From Rhodobacterales bacterium (lineage in GTDB: Bacteria; Pseudomonadota; Alphaproteobacteria; Rhodobacterales; Rhodobacteraceae): a stretch of 64,000 nt of DNA. The position numbers and the translations under genes were made by a program. Shown in pieces: positions 1-9,616 of the stretch. Within the stretch, counting starts at the first letter, position 1. The number at the start of each line of letters is the position of its first letter. The notes under the pieces are model-generated. The model ran no database searches. It saw only the letters and a list, made by a program, of their open reading frames with translations, and was not told the DNA's origin. The DNA lies in the NCBI GenBank assembly GCA_031408575.1, contig JANNWS010000170.1, positions 718 to 64,717 of the forward strand. Direction: 5' to 3'.

Positions 1-624
1 GATGACAAAGCGGCAGGGGTGCGGCACCTCGCCTTGGGCGATCCAGATCTGCCAGTCCACTTCGGCGGTGCGGAAGGCAAGGTGATCACATTCCTGACCC
101 CGGATTACGCCGCTGCCAAGGTCGGTCACACCGGTCACATCGGCCAGCAATACGGCAGCGACATCGGCCCCCAACAGGTCGGCGGCCGGCAGGGGCCGCT
201 GGTAGTCATTACGCAGCGTGTCGACCAACTGATCGACGGTGCCGGGAAGATCCGACTGGCCATAGACATTCGCATCGCGGTTCAGCACCGACAGGGTTTT
301 GCCATCAAAGATCATCTCGACCGTCGCAAAGCCGCCCCGCCGCACCGCGTGGACCTTGTCCGGGCGCTGCATCGCAACGCTGGCAGAGCTTGCGATCGTC
401 AGCTTCTGGTCGTCGGTGGTCACGATATCGACACTGGAATCGACATCGAAGGAAAGGCTTGGCTGCGCCTGCAGATAGTCCGTCGTCGCCTTGAGGATTT
501 CGCGGGCCTGCGCCTCGTCCGCCTCCGCTTTTGGTGCCACGGCGACAAGCGCCACAGCCGCGATAAGGGCCAGTCTGGATGCGAGGCGGCCCGACAGCGG
601 ATATCGTCTTGAAAGAAGCCTCAT
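1..624 (-). CDS. Periplasmic LolA-fold protein, DUF2092-like (partial; C-terminus runs off the left edge)
   Basis: Absent from the ORF track because there is no stop in the window. Hand translation from ATG (cat 622-624) stays open for all 208 codons: MRLLSRRYPLSGRLASRLALIAAVALVAVAPKAEADEAQAREILKATTDYLQAQPSLSFDVDS...VDWQIWIAQGEVPHPCRFVI. N-terminus looks like a signal peptide. Track ORF 19..612(+) is its antisense artefact. Confidence 0.6.
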   Translation of the reverse strand, partial: MRLLSRRYPLSGRLASRLALIAAVALVAVAPKAEADEAQAREILKATTDYLQAQPSLSFDVDSSVDIVTTDDQKLTIASSASVAMQRPDKVHAVRRGGFATVEMIFDGKTLSVLNRDANVYGQSDLPGTVDQLVDTLRNDYQRPLPAADLLGADVAAVLLADVTGVTDLGSGVIRGQECDHLAFRTAEVDWQIWIAQGEVPHPCRFVI

Positions 625-645
625 GTCTGTCTCCTTCGGTGCGGG

Positions 646-1377
646 TCAGAAACTGTAGGTGAATGCAAGAAGTGCGCCGCTCAGGTCAATCGACACGTCG
701 CGGCCATCAAGCTGCTTGGTGATATCCATGAATCTGTAGCCAAGCTGGGTCGACCATCTGTCGTTGAACGCATAACCAACGCCGCCATAGACCTGCCATG
801 TCTGGTCAACCGAACCCGAACCGCCCCAATCGGCAAACCCCGTCAGGAACCAGTCTTCGTTGATCGGCACCGAAAGACGCGCGGCAATAAGCGGAACGGT
901 CCAGTTGCCGTCGATGCTCTGCGATGCCGCAGCGTTGATGCCTTGGCTGAGCGAGACATCAATATCAACGTTGAAGTTCCGAAACCCTGCGCCCACGTCA
1001 AACAGCACGGTCGGGTCGGTCGAGACGCGGTACAGCGCATAGCCGCTGAACGCGGTCATCTTCACCCCTACGGTGCCCTCGCCATAAAGCGCAAAGGGTG
1101 TGTCCTGCGTCGAGGAAAGATCCGTGTAAAGCAGGTCGCCCACCAAGCCCCAGCGACCGCGTTGCGCCGCGAAGCTACCCATGAACGCCATGTCGAGGTT
1201 GGACAGCGCGTCACTCGCGCTGGAATCGCTCTCGATTGTTCCAAAGTTCGTGTCTATCGTCGTCGACATTCCGGGGAACCAGCCATACAGCGTCGCCTTG
1301 TATGTCCAGTCCGCATCCTGCGCCGAGGCGTTTGTGGCCGCCAAAAGCGGCAGAGCAATCATCAGCAAGCGTTTCAT
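646..1377 (-). CDS. Outer-membrane beta-barrel protein
   Basis: Track ORF 646..1440 trimmed to the internal ATG at 1377 (MKRLLMIALPLLAATNASAQ signal peptide), with GGGAGG SD 7 nt upstream. Alternating beta-strand pattern and C-terminal ...LLAFTYSF ending in Phe, typical of OMPs. Confidence 0.75.
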   Translation of the reverse strand: MKRLLMIALPLLAATNASAQDADWTYKATLYGWFPGMSTTIDTNFGTIESDSSASDALSNLDMAFMGSFAAQRGRWGLVGDLLYTDLSSTQDTPFALYGEGTVGVKMTAFSGYALYRVSTDPTVLFDVGAGFRNFNVDIDVSLSQGINAAASQSIDGNWTVPLIAARLSVPINEDWFLTGFADWGGSGSVDQTWQVYGGVGYAFNDRWSTQLGYRFMDITKQLDGRDVSIDLSGALLAFTYSF

Positions 1378-2022
1378 TCGGGGCCTCCCAACGCGTTTCA
1401 ACCTAACAGAGCGATGCCTGCATTGCGCCGCTCCAACCATTGGCGCAGATCAAGCCTTTTTTGCCTGACAGGCGATACCCTGTGTCGGACATCAGCGCTG
1501 CCTTTAGGGGTGATACTCACCATTTTTAGCCTAAATGACACTAACTGTATACTTTCCCGCAAGACAAGATCGAGGCGGAAAAAAATTCTTTCACAGCCCT
1601 TGGGTAACCGGCCTGCGGTTCGCCTCGACTGAACTGCCCCCGATCACTGGACAGATCTCGCGTGTGTTCCATGCTGATAAATGCGTCTGACGCTCAGTTT
1701 CGATGCCGTTGCGTGAAAGCATAGCGGACGGTTGTCCTTTGTGGGCAGCGCGGTTCTTGCAGTCGCTGACAGCCCGAGAAAACCCGGCACACGCAAATCC
1801 TGCCAGCCAATCTTCCACCAGCACAATCGCTCCCCGGCTTGCCGCTTTGCCGGGGCAAGGGGCGTTCCGTGGCTTGATCGTCTGGCCGCGTGCCGGCGGG
1901 CTTGGTCAATCATAACCAACAGCTCGCACTATGAGACCGCTCCGGGAAATCCTTCCCGATCTCTGCGTCTTCAGCGTGGGCCAGCCCAACGATGCGGCGG
2001 TATCCGTGCGGCCAGCCGCGCG

Positions 2023-3426
2023 TCAGTCGGCGGCACCTGTCTGCGCTGACGGGCCTTTTACCAGCAGGGGCAACAGCTCGGTCTGGGTGGCGCTTGGCCC
2101 CGCCGCCTCAACCGGTTCGCGCCAGCTCAGGGTGTCGAAGCCACCGCAATTCGTGCAGATCGGCGTCCATTCGAAGTGAATGCTCTGGCACTTGTCGCAG
2201 ACCCATTGGGGGCCGCGCGGCGCGGTCAGCGTTCGGGCCAGCCAACCGCGCACCACCGCCTCGTCAGCACCCTCGCCGCGTTCGACCGCCGCCATGATTG
2301 CAAGGCTGCGCCGGGTTGGATGGCGGGTGACAAGGTCGCCCAATGCGCGGCGCGCGGCGGGGAAATCCTCGGCAGCAAGGTTAAGTTCGGCCAGCAGCAT
2401 GCGTGTTTCGTCATCATCGGGGCGCGACGCCGTTAGTACGCGAAAGCGTTTCAGCCGCTCGGACGGGGTTTCATCCGGCACGATTTCGGCAAAGGCAGCG
2501 GCCAGGTCGGGGTGGGGTTTCGTCTCCCACGCTTTTTTCAGCAGTCGCGTCGCGTTTTTTGCATCGCCCTTGGCAATATAGCTGCGGGCGGCCATCGTCG
2601 CAGCAGGGATCAGGTCGGGCGACAGGCGGTGGGCGGCAATAGCGGCCTCGCGCGCGTCGATATTGGATCCGTCGTCAACAATCGCCCGCGCCTCTTGCAA
2701 AGCCAGCACGGCATCGCGGCGACGATGTACATCGCGCGGGACGTTTCCGGCGCGCAACTTGGCCCCCAACGTGGCGCGCGCACCGGCCCAGTCGGAACTC
2801 TCGGCCTGAAGCTCCAGCAACAAATCCTGGGTTTCGGGATGCTTCGGCTTCAACTCGAACGCTTTCTGCGCCAATTTCAGCGCAGTTTCCCGGTCACCCT
2901 CGGCCAGTTTCTGCTGAATCAGCCCGCGGATCCCGATGAACCGAGAACGCGGATCGGCCAGCAGCGACTTATAGGCTTCAGTGGCTTTCTTGGTATCGCC
3001 TGCGGCCTGCGCGGCCTGTGCCGTCAAAATGGTTGTCAGTTCCGGCTGCGATAGATACTTTTCCGCCCGCGTCGCCCGGCTGAGTGCCGTGCGCGGCTCG
3101 CCAGACGCCAAAGCGATCATCCCTTCGGCAAAGGCCTGGTAACCCTTCCGCTCGCGGTTGCGGTCAAAGTACCGGGAAATCGCCGTCTCATCGCCATTGA
3201 TGAAACGCAGCACGGCAACGATCAGGCCAACCGTCTTGAGAACCAGCCACACAAGCCCCAACAGCACCAAGGCCACAATCACGGCCTGCAATGGCCCCAG
3301 GGTGAATTCATAGCCCACGACGGAAACCCGCATGCCGCCGCCCGTGTCGAGCAGATAGCTTGCACCCAGCGTCATGGCGGCGACCGCCGCGACAAAGATC
3401 AGAACCTTGACGAATGACCAGATCAT
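2023..3426 (-). CDS. HemY-like membrane TPR protein (HemY_N domain) with C-terminal Cys4 zinc ribbon
   Basis: 467 aa. Two N-terminal TM helices followed by RYFDRNRERKGYQAFAEGMIALASGE, then TPR-like repeats. C-terminal CDKCQSIHFEWTPICTNCGG. Lies next to hemD and the Mic60-like gene. Confidence 0.85.
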   Translation of the reverse strand: MIWSFVKVLIFVAAVAAMTLGASYLLDTGGGMRVSVVGYEFTLGPLQAVIVALVLLGLVWLVLKTVGLIVAVLRFINGDETAISRYFDRNRERKGYQAFAEGMIALASGEPRTALSRATRAEKYLSQPELTTILTAQAAQAAGDTKKATEAYKSLLADPRSRFIGIRGLIQQKLAEGDRETALKLAQKAFELKPKHPETQDLLLELQAESSDWAGARATLGAKLRAGNVPRDVHRRRDAVLALQEARAIVDDGSNIDAREAAIAAHRLSPDLIPAATMAARSYIAKGDAKNATRLLKKAWETKPHPDLAAAFAEIVPDETPSERLKRFRVLTASRPDDDETRMLLAELNLAAEDFPAARRALGDLVTRHPTRRSLAIMAAVERGEGADEAVVRGWLARTLTAPRGPQWVCDKCQSIHFEWTPICTNCGGFDTLSWREPVEAAGPSATQTELLPLLVKGPSAQTGAAD

Positions 3427-3436
3427 GACGCGCCCC

Positions 3437-4696
3437 TCACTGCGCGTCGACGGTGGCTGTAAGCGCCACCACCGCCGCCAGCGCCGCGTCGCGCAGTTTC
3501 ACATCGGCGACCCAGGGGGCAAGCGCGGTTTGGGCAGGCTCTGACAGGGCCGTCAGTTCGGTCAACGTCAAGGCAACATCCCCCCCGGATAGTGCCGCCT
3601 CTGCCCGCGACAGAATCGCATCGGGATCGGTCCCTTCGCGCGGTTCAAGCGATCTGGCTCCCGTTTGCGTCCGCAGAAAGGACGTCAGTCGATCCGCCCA
3701 TCCGTCACCAACGTCTGACCGAAGGGCAGCGTCAAGTGCCGCGCGCGCCGCGTCGGGGAACCCGCGTTGCAGGTCGGTCAGCGTGGGAACCCCGGTTTCT
3801 GCAAGATCAGACAGTTCCGGTGGTACGACAATCCCGGCATCCGCCAGGTCGGCCAGTGCCGAGGCGTAAGGACCGCCGCCTTCCATTGCGGCCCTGACGC
3901 GGCCAAGTGCGGCAACCGTCAGCATGGCACGAGACGCAATTGCAGCCTCGGATTTCAGACGCTCGGCTTCTTGCGCCGCAGCCGCAAGCTGCGACTTGGC
4001 TTCGGCAGCGACGGCCGCGATTTCGGCTTTGGCGCTGGCCCCGTCACCGTCTTGCGCCGCGATTTGATCGCGCAACGTCTGAAGTTCGCGGTCATAGGCC
4101 GCAAGGGCAGCGGGCGACACTCCACCACCTGGGCCGGCGGGGCGCTTTTCAACCTCAAGCAGACGCGCGTCGACTGCGGCCAGCGACTCAGAAAGCGCGC
4201 CTGTCGCTTGTGCAATCGCAGGTGCGGGGTCAAGCAGGGCCACGCCTTGTGCCAAGCGCTCTTCCAATTCGGCGCGCAAAGCGGAGATGTCTTGGGATGT
4301 GTCCGGCAACGGCCGCACTGCAAGGGCGTCCAGATCGGCCCGCAAGTTTTCCAGTTGTTGTGACTGGGCTGCGATTTCTGCCGTCAGTGCCGTTGTATCC
4401 TGCAAGGGCCAGCCGCCGGGAACAACTCGGGCAAGCCCGAAACCTGCTGCTGCGGCAAGGATGCCGCCCACCACGGTGCCGAAAAATGCCCCGCTTCTCC
4501 GGCGGGGTGCCGACACTGTGGCAGTGTAACTGTCGGGTGAGCGGCTGTTTTGCGTGCTTTCGACCACGATTGCGTCATCCACGGCGTCCGCCGCCAAACC
4601 GGCGGATGAACGTGCGGCATCGGTCTGGGCCTCGGTCCGCTTTTCGTCATCCGTCATGGCCAGCCCCTTGCCCTTCGGGGCGGCAGGGCGCCCCAT
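3437..4696 (-). CDS. Alphaproteobacterial Mic60/mitofilin-like membrane protein (COG4223-type)
   Basis: 419 aa. Charged N-terminus, one TM (AFFGTVVGGILAAAAGFGLARVV), a long Ala/Glu/Gln-rich coiled-coil region and a conserved C-terminal domain. Sits between hemD and the hemY-like gene. An alternative start at ATG 4657 has a better SD (AAGGGG). Confidence 0.7.
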   Translation of the reverse strand: MGRPAAPKGKGLAMTDDEKRTEAQTDAARSSAGLAADAVDDAIVVESTQNSRSPDSYTATVSAPRRRSGAFFGTVVGGILAAAAGFGLARVVPGGWPLQDTTALTAEIAAQSQQLENLRADLDALAVRPLPDTSQDISALRAELEERLAQGVALLDPAPAIAQATGALSESLAAVDARLLEVEKRPAGPGGGVSPAALAAYDRELQTLRDQIAAQDGDGASAKAEIAAVAAEAKSQLAAAAQEAERLKSEAAIASRAMLTVAALGRVRAAMEGGGPYASALADLADAGIVVPPELSDLAETGVPTLTDLQRGFPDAARAALDAALRSDVGDGWADRLTSFLRTQTGARSLEPREGTDPDAILSRAEAALSGGDVALTLTELTALSEPAQTALAPWVADVKLRDAALAAVVALTATVDAQ

Positions 4697-4706
4697 CTGG
4701 TTCAGC

Positions 4707-5474
4707 TTACGCTTTTGAAGGTGTGGGCTTCAAGGCTGGGCTGGGTGTTGCAAGGAATTCTGCCAGCGCTTCGATCAGAGCATCGGTGTCCGGGCGGGAT
4801 GCCAAGACGGTTCTTTGGGCTTTCGCGGGCGCACAGGCGACGGCGACAGCAGAACTAAGCGCGGCGAGCCAAAGCGGTGCCCTACGGGACAGGACGCAAG
4901 GACTTGCGGCAAACAAAGCGGCCGTTCTTGGTGAAAACAGAGGTGCAATGATCGGCGCGTCACTGGCCAGCATTGTGGCCGCCTCTGGCGTCAGCGGCTG
5001 CGGTCGCTGGGCGTAAACCACCGCCTGAAACGTCTCTATTCCAGCGGAATTCAACCGGTCAGACAGATTGCCGGTCACATCTTGACCACGGGCATGCAAC
5101 AGCGGGCCAGTCGCGCCCGAGGCCACCAGCAGCGTCAGAAGATCGTCGGCGTCACCGCCCGCCGAGCGGGCATCAAAGCCGGCAAGTCTGGCCGCTTCGG
5201 CCGTACGGCCGCCGACACACCAGGCGGCCATCCCGCGCCCGGCGGATAGCTGCCGATAGGCGGCGACCCCGGTTTCGGACGTAAAGATCAGACCGCGCCA
5301 TCTGACTTCGGGCAAGGCGGGTGCAAGAAATCGCGGCGCAAGCAAGGGCGACGAGACAATACGAATCTGCGGGCCGAAGCGCGCACGCAACTGTTCGGCA
5401 AAACGATCGCTTTGCGCGGCAGGTCGGGTCAGCAGAAAGGGCGGCAGCATGGCCTGCCGGGATTGTCTGGTCAT
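4707..5474 (-). CDS. hemD: Uroporphyrinogen-III synthase
   Basis: Track ORF 4707..5630 trimmed; the upstream part overlaps the divergent tsaD. The core begins [21 protein letters not shown]. Start is ambiguous between ATG 5474 and ATG 5450. Confidence 0.75.
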   Translation of the reverse strand: MTRQSRQAMLPPFLLTRPAAQSDRFAEQLRARFGPQIRIVSSPLLAPRFLAPALPEVRWRGLIFTSETGVAAYRQLSAGRGMAAWCVGGRTAEAARLAGFDARSAGGDADDLLTLLVASGATGPLLHARGQDVTGNLSDRLNSAGIETFQAVVYAQRPQPLTPEAATMLASDAPIIAPLFSPRTAALFAASPCVLSRRAPLWLAALSSAVAVACAPAKAQRTVLASRPDTDALIEALAEFLATPSPALKPTPSKA

Positions 5475-5520
5475 GCCTGCGGTGTTACCTGCGCTGGACC
5501 CCTGTGGCAATCGGCGGCCG

Positions 5521-6618
5521 ATGCGCGAAACGCTTACCCTTCTAGGTTTGGAAAGCAGCTGCGATGACACCGCGGCCGCCATCGTGCGCCATACGCCCGG
5601 TGCGCCCCCCCTGATTCTGTCATCGGTCATCGCGGGTCAGGCGGCGCTGCATGCGGCTTATGGTGGCGTGGTGCCGGAGATTGCCGCACGGGCGCATGTG
5701 GAACGGCTGGATCTGTGTGTCGAACAGGCGCTGTCCGAAGCGGGGCTGCGCCTGACGGATCTCGATGCTGTGGCGGTCACGGCGGGGCCGGGGCTGATCG
5801 GTGGCGTTCTGTCGGGTGTCATGTGTGCGAAAGGCATCGCGGCGGGCGCCGGATTGCCGCTGGTTGGGGTGAACCATCTGGCGGGCCATGCTTTGACACC
5901 GCGGCTGACGGATGGGTTGGCGTTTCCCTATCTGATGCTGCTGGTGTCGGGTGGGCATTGCCAGTTCCTGATCGTCTCTGGCGCTGCGGATTTCACGCGG
6001 CTGGGTGGCACGATCGACGATGCGCCGGGCGAGGCATTCGACAAGACCGCAAAGCTGCTCGGGTTGCCGCAGCCCGGCGGGCCGCCGGTCGAGGCGGAAG
6101 CGGCATTGGGTGATCCGCGCCGTTTTGCGTTTCCCCGCCCCTTGCTGGATCGGCCCGGGTGCGATCTGTCATTCTCGGGTCTGAAAACGGCGCTGTTGCG
6201 CGCCCGCGATGCGCTGATCACACAAAAGGGCGGTCTAACGGTTCAGGACAGGCGCGATCTGTGTGCGGGCTTTCAGGTGGCAGTCGCGGATGTTCTGGCC
6301 GAAAAAACCCGCCGCGCCCTAACAGTTTATCTTTCGACCAACCCGGCCGCAGCCACCTTTGCTGTCGCGGGCGGCGTCGCGGCGAATGGCACAATCCGGG
6401 CGGCTTTGGAATCGGTCTGCACCGAAGCAGATGTGCGCTTTGTGGCACCCCCCTTGTGGCTTTGCACTGACAACGCCGCGATGATCGCCTGGGCCGGTAT
6501 CGAGAGGTTTCGTGCCGGGTTGCAGGACGGAATGGCGCTTGGGGCGCGCGCCCGTTGGCCACTGGACACGACTGCGCCGGCGCTGATCGGGTCTGGCAAG
6601 CGGGGGGCCAAGGCATGA
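5521..6618 (+). CDS. tsaD: tRNA N6-adenosine threonylcarbamoyltransferase
   Basis: Trimmed to ATG 5521: [22 protein letters not shown]..., [10 protein letters not shown] and LLVSGGHCQ motifs typical of TsaD/Kae1. Confidence 0.93.
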   Translation: MRETLTLLGLESSCDDTAAAIVRHTPGAPPLILSSVIAGQAALHAAYGGVVPEIAARAHVERLDLCVEQALSEAGLRLTDLDAVAVTAGPGLIGGVLSGVMCAKGIAAGAGLPLVGVNHLAGHALTPRLTDGLAFPYLMLLVSGGHCQFLIVSGAADFTRLGGTIDDAPGEAFDKTAKLLGLPQPGGPPVEAEAALGDPRRFAFPRPLLDRPGCDLSFSGLKTALLRARDALITQKGGLTVQDRRDLCAGFQVAVADVLAEKTRRALTVYLSTNPAAATFAVAGGVAANGTIRAALESVCTEADVRFVAPPLWLCTDNAAMIAWAGIERFRAGLQDGMALGARARWPLDTTAPALIGSGKRGAKA

Positions 6619-7562
6619 TCGGGGTTGTCGGGGGTGGCGCGTTCGGTACGGCACTGGCCGTCACGCTGGCGCGCGACGGGTCTGACGTGGTGCTTTGGAC
6701 CCGCGACAGGAACAGCTTTTCAGGTGGCGCAATGGCGCGGCTTCCCGACGTCGTTTTGCCGAAAAACGTCTCTGTGACGGCCGATTTTAGAAATCTTCTG
6801 GCCGCGGACCCGGTGCTTCTGGCGGTGCCGATGCAAGCTTTGGCTGCATTTCTGGCAGAGCATGGCAGGCATATCGATGGCCGCGCTCTGGTCGCCTGTT
6901 GCAAAGGCGTTGATCTGGCAACGGGGCGCGGTGCCACTGGCGTGATCCTGGCCGCCTGCCCCACGGCACAGCCGGCCCTGCTGACCGGTCCCAGCTTTGC
7001 CGCCGATATTGCGCGCGGCCTGCCGACGGCGCTGACCATTGCTTGCGCCGACGACGCGCTTGGCGAGCGGCTGCAACGGCACCTGTCCACGACTGCGCTG
7101 CGGTTGTATCGCAGCACTGACGTCGTCGGGGCAGAGTTGGGCGGGGCGTTGAAGAACGTCATCGCGATTGCGTCGGGCGTGGTGATCGGGGCTGGATTGG
7201 GTGAGTCGGCGCGGGCAGCCCTGATGACGCGCGGCTATGCCGAGATGCAGCGATACGCGACCCTGTCGGGGGCGCGGGCAGAAACGCTGGCGGGCCTTTC
7301 AGGTCTGGGCGATCTGGTGTTGACCTGCACGTCGGATCAGTCGCGCAATTTCCGGTTCGGGCAGGCGCTTGGGGGCGGACTGCCCTTTGACCCCGGAACC
7401 ACGGTGGAAGGGGTTGCCACCGCCAAAGCCGTCGCAGCACTTGCCCGAATTCGCGAAATCGATATGCCAATCGCCACGATGGTCGCGGCGCTGTTAGACA
7501 ACCAGATCACCTTGCCGCAGGCCATTCAGGCCCTGCTTTCCCGCCCGCTGAAACAGGAGTGA
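6615..7562 (+). CDS. gpsA: NAD(P)H-dependent glycerol-3-phosphate dehydrogenase
   Basis: Trimmed to ATG 6615 ([15 protein letters not shown] Rossmann motif), an ATGA overlap with the tsaD stop. ...[12 protein letters not shown]...GLGDLVLTC motifs. Confidence 0.92.
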   Translation: MIGVVGGGAFGTALAVTLARDGSDVVLWTRDRNSFSGGAMARLPDVVLPKNVSVTADFRNLLAADPVLLAVPMQALAAFLAEHGRHIDGRALVACCKGVDLATGRGATGVILAACPTAQPALLTGPSFAADIARGLPTALTIACADDALGERLQRHLSTTALRLYRSTDVVGAELGGALKNVIAIASGVVIGAGLGESARAALMTRGYAEMQRYATLSGARAETLAGLSGLGDLVLTCTSDQSRNFRFGQALGGGLPFDPGTTVEGVATAKAVAALARIREIDMPIATMVAALLDNQITLPQAIQALLSRPLKQE

Positions 7563-7565
7563 GAC

Positions 7566-7838
7566 ATGCGCGTAGCGCTTATTTGCCGTGACAAACCCGG
7601 ATCGATTCAGATCCGGCTTGATACCCGCACGGCCCATCTTGCCCACATCGAGGCAACTGGCGTGGTCGAAATGGCCGGTCCGTTTCTGGATGATGCCGGG
7701 TCGATGACCGGATCACTGATCGTTTTAAGTGTCGAGACGCTAGATCAGGCCCGCGCCTGGGCCGACGCCGACCCCTACGCAATAGCCGGGTTGTTCGACA
7801 GCGTAACGATCAGCGAGTGGAAGAAGGTGATCGGCTGA
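7566..7838 (+). CDS. YciI family protein
   Basis: 90 aa, MRVALICRDKPGS...AGPFLDD...GSLIVLSVETLDQARAWADADPY; typical YciI-like fold sequence. Confidence 0.8.
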   Translation: MRVALICRDKPGSIQIRLDTRTAHLAHIEATGVVEMAGPFLDDAGSMTGSLIVLSVETLDQARAWADADPYAIAGLFDSVTISEWKKVIG

Positions 7839-8254
7839 TGGCCTTGTGGTTGTTCAAATCCGAACCTGACGTCTGGGGCTGGGATCATCAGGTTGCCAAA
7901 GGCAGCCTGGGCGAAGAATGGCATGGTGTGCGAAGCTATCAGGCGCGCAACAACATGCGGGCAATGAAAGTGGGCGATCAGGGATTTTTCTACCACTCCA
8001 ACATCGGGAAAGAGATTGTCGGAATCGTCGAGGTCATCGCAGAAAGCGCGCCCGACAGCACCACAGACGATCCGCGCTGGGATTGCGTGACAATCCGGGC
8101 GGTGGCGGCCCTTCCGCGCCGGGTGACGCTGGAAGAGTGCAAGGCAGAGCCGCGCCTTTCGCGCATGGCGTTGGTCAGCAACATGCGCCTGTCGGTGCAA
8201 CCGGTGACGCCAGTCGAGTGGGCTGTGGTCTGTGCGATGGCTGGAATGAAATGA
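7838..8254 (+). CDS. EVE domain-containing protein
   Basis: Trimmed to ATG 7838, which shares 1 nt with the yciI-like TGA stop. MALWLFKSEPDVWGWDHQV...WHGVRSYQARNNMRAMKVGDQGFFYHSN matches the EVE/PUA-like family. Confidence 0.8.
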   Translation: MALWLFKSEPDVWGWDHQVAKGSLGEEWHGVRSYQARNNMRAMKVGDQGFFYHSNIGKEIVGIVEVIAESAPDSTTDDPRWDCVTIRAVAALPRRVTLEECKAEPRLSRMALVSNMRLSVQPVTPVEWAVVCAMAGMK

Positions 8255-8259
8255 AAAAC

Positions 8260-8288
8260 GGAGGGCCCCGACCCCGACGGGACCCTCC
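8260..8288. terminator. GC-rich hairpin just after the EVE gene stop
   Basis: GGAGGG(8260-8265)/CCCTCC(8283-8288) plus an inner CCCG/CGGG stem and a 7-nt loop. AAAAA lies on the 5' side of the plus strand, which reads as a T-run for the minus strand. Sits between convergent genes. Confidence 0.5.
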
Positions 8289-8433
8289 ATCCACCCCACG
8301 TGCTCCCTTCGCACCACACGTGTTCTGATAAGGTCCCGGGCGTCCTGCCCTGATGAATTGACGCTAGACCGGGCTGTCACGGCGCGCAAACGCCAAGCGC
8401 GCCGAATTTGATGCAAAAGCCCGGCATGCAAAC

Positions 8434-8454
8434 GCCCGCGCGGATCACGCGGGC
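8434..8454 (-). terminator. Hairpin downstream of the DUF2853 gene
   Basis: GCCCGCG(8434-8440)/CGCGGGC(8448-8454), 7-bp stem and 7-nt loop. On the minus strand it is followed by GTTTGC, a weak U-tract. Confidence 0.4.
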
Positions 8455-8476
8455 GCAGCCACTCATTGCGTCGCTG

Positions 8477-8818
8477 TCAGGCGTAGACGTCGTCTTTGCC
8501 GAAATGTTTCACCAGCATGTAGTAGATCACGGCACGGTGCTTGTTGCGCTCGGACTTTCCGTAGGTCTCGATCACAGCCTTGATCGCGTCCATAAGTTTC
8601 GGGCTGTCGGCAAGACCAAGTTTCTTCATCAGGAAGTTCGCCTTGATCGTCTCAAGCTCTGATGCGTCCGTGCCAGCAACTGTCGACGCGTCCGCATTAT
8701 AGATCGCTGGACCGCAGCCGATTGTTACCTTGGTCAAAAGGGCCATATCAGGGTCCATTTTGCACTTGGTCCGCAGATCGTCAGCATACTTTGCGATAAG
8801 GTCGTCTCGTTTGCTCAT
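8477..8818 (-). CDS. DUF2853 family protein
   Basis: Trimmed to ATG 8818: MSKRDDLIAKYADDLRTKCKMDPDMALLTKVTIGCGPAIYNADASTVAG...KHRAVIYYMLVKHFGKDDVYA. Confidence 0.7.
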   Translation of the reverse strand: MSKRDDLIAKYADDLRTKCKMDPDMALLTKVTIGCGPAIYNADASTVAGTDASELETIKANFLMKKLGLADSPKLMDAIKAVIETYGKSERNKHRAVIYYMLVKHFGKDDVYA

Positions 8819-8957
8819 TCCTGATACTCCAATCCCTTTGCGATGCCGGTTCGGCATGCCCCCAAATGTTCCGCCTTCGATACACCAGACGGGTACGAAG
8901 CGAGGTTAGGCGAAAGGTGACGGGCCACAAAGAAAAATTGTGTCGGGTTTTGCCCGG

Positions 8958-9530
8958 TCAGGCGCGGTTGAGCGAGATTATGTATTGATTTGCCATCAGA
9001 CGCAGGCTGGCCGCATCGCCAAGGGCCGCAACAGCCGCCTCGACGGCCCGTTTGACAGGCGCACCGCTGGCGTCGGACATCCAGTTGAAATCATCCCCGG
9101 CGATAATGCCGTTCGGCCTTACCTTCTGCAGGCATAGCGCAATATCCCGACCGATGAACGGCTCGTTATGGTTGGCGTCGATATAGACCCAGTCAAGGTG
9201 ACCGTCGGAGAAGGCATTCAGGGCCGCATCCGAGGTCGCACGGTGAACCTGCACGGTCGGCGTTTCGCTGAACGCTGCCACCACGTCCTGATACTTTTGC
9301 TCCATCAAGAATTCGTTCTTCTTGCGGCCAAAGCCGGTGTTTCCGAATTCGGGCTGATACAGCCACGGGTCGATCAGGTGCAGTTCCGCCGGCTGACAGA
9401 TCTCGAGAATCCGGCGGCTGAAATGTCCCTCCCAAACGCCAACCTCGGCAACGCGAGCGCCCTTGGGCAGCGACCGAAGCATCCGGTCGCGCAGCTTGTC
9501 ACGCTTCGATATCTGTTCTGGTTCGGCCAT
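8958..9530 (-). CDS. Class I SAM-dependent methyltransferase (Methyltransf_24/TylF-like)
   Basis: 190 aa. VAEVGVWEGHFSRRIL (SAM-binding GxG-type motif) ...LDWVYIDANH...NGIIAGDDF. Confidence 0.75.
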   Translation of the reverse strand: MAEPEQISKRDKLRDRMLRSLPKGARVAEVGVWEGHFSRRILEICQPAELHLIDPWLYQPEFGNTGFGRKKNEFLMEQKYQDVVAAFSETPTVQVHRATSDAALNAFSDGHLDWVYIDANHNEPFIGRDIALCLQKVRPNGIIAGDDFNWMSDASGAPVKRAVEAAVAALGDAASLRLMANQYIISLNRA

Positions 9531-9616
9531 CCGCCTGTTGCCCTTCGTACAAAACTTGGTCGCAACAGGCTAGATCAGCGGCGCGCGCCCGGCAAATGCC
9601 AAAGCGCGCGACATCC

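Noticed and set aside
1910-2023. Minus-strand frame just after the hemY-like stop that reads protein-like (TRGWPHGYRRIVGLAHAEDAEIGKDFPERS…), possibly a gene remnant.
   Set aside because: Only about 37 codons, with no start codon or SD. Beyond its stop the frame continues as Arg/Cys/Pro-rich text. I recognise no family. Left as part of the unexplained gap.
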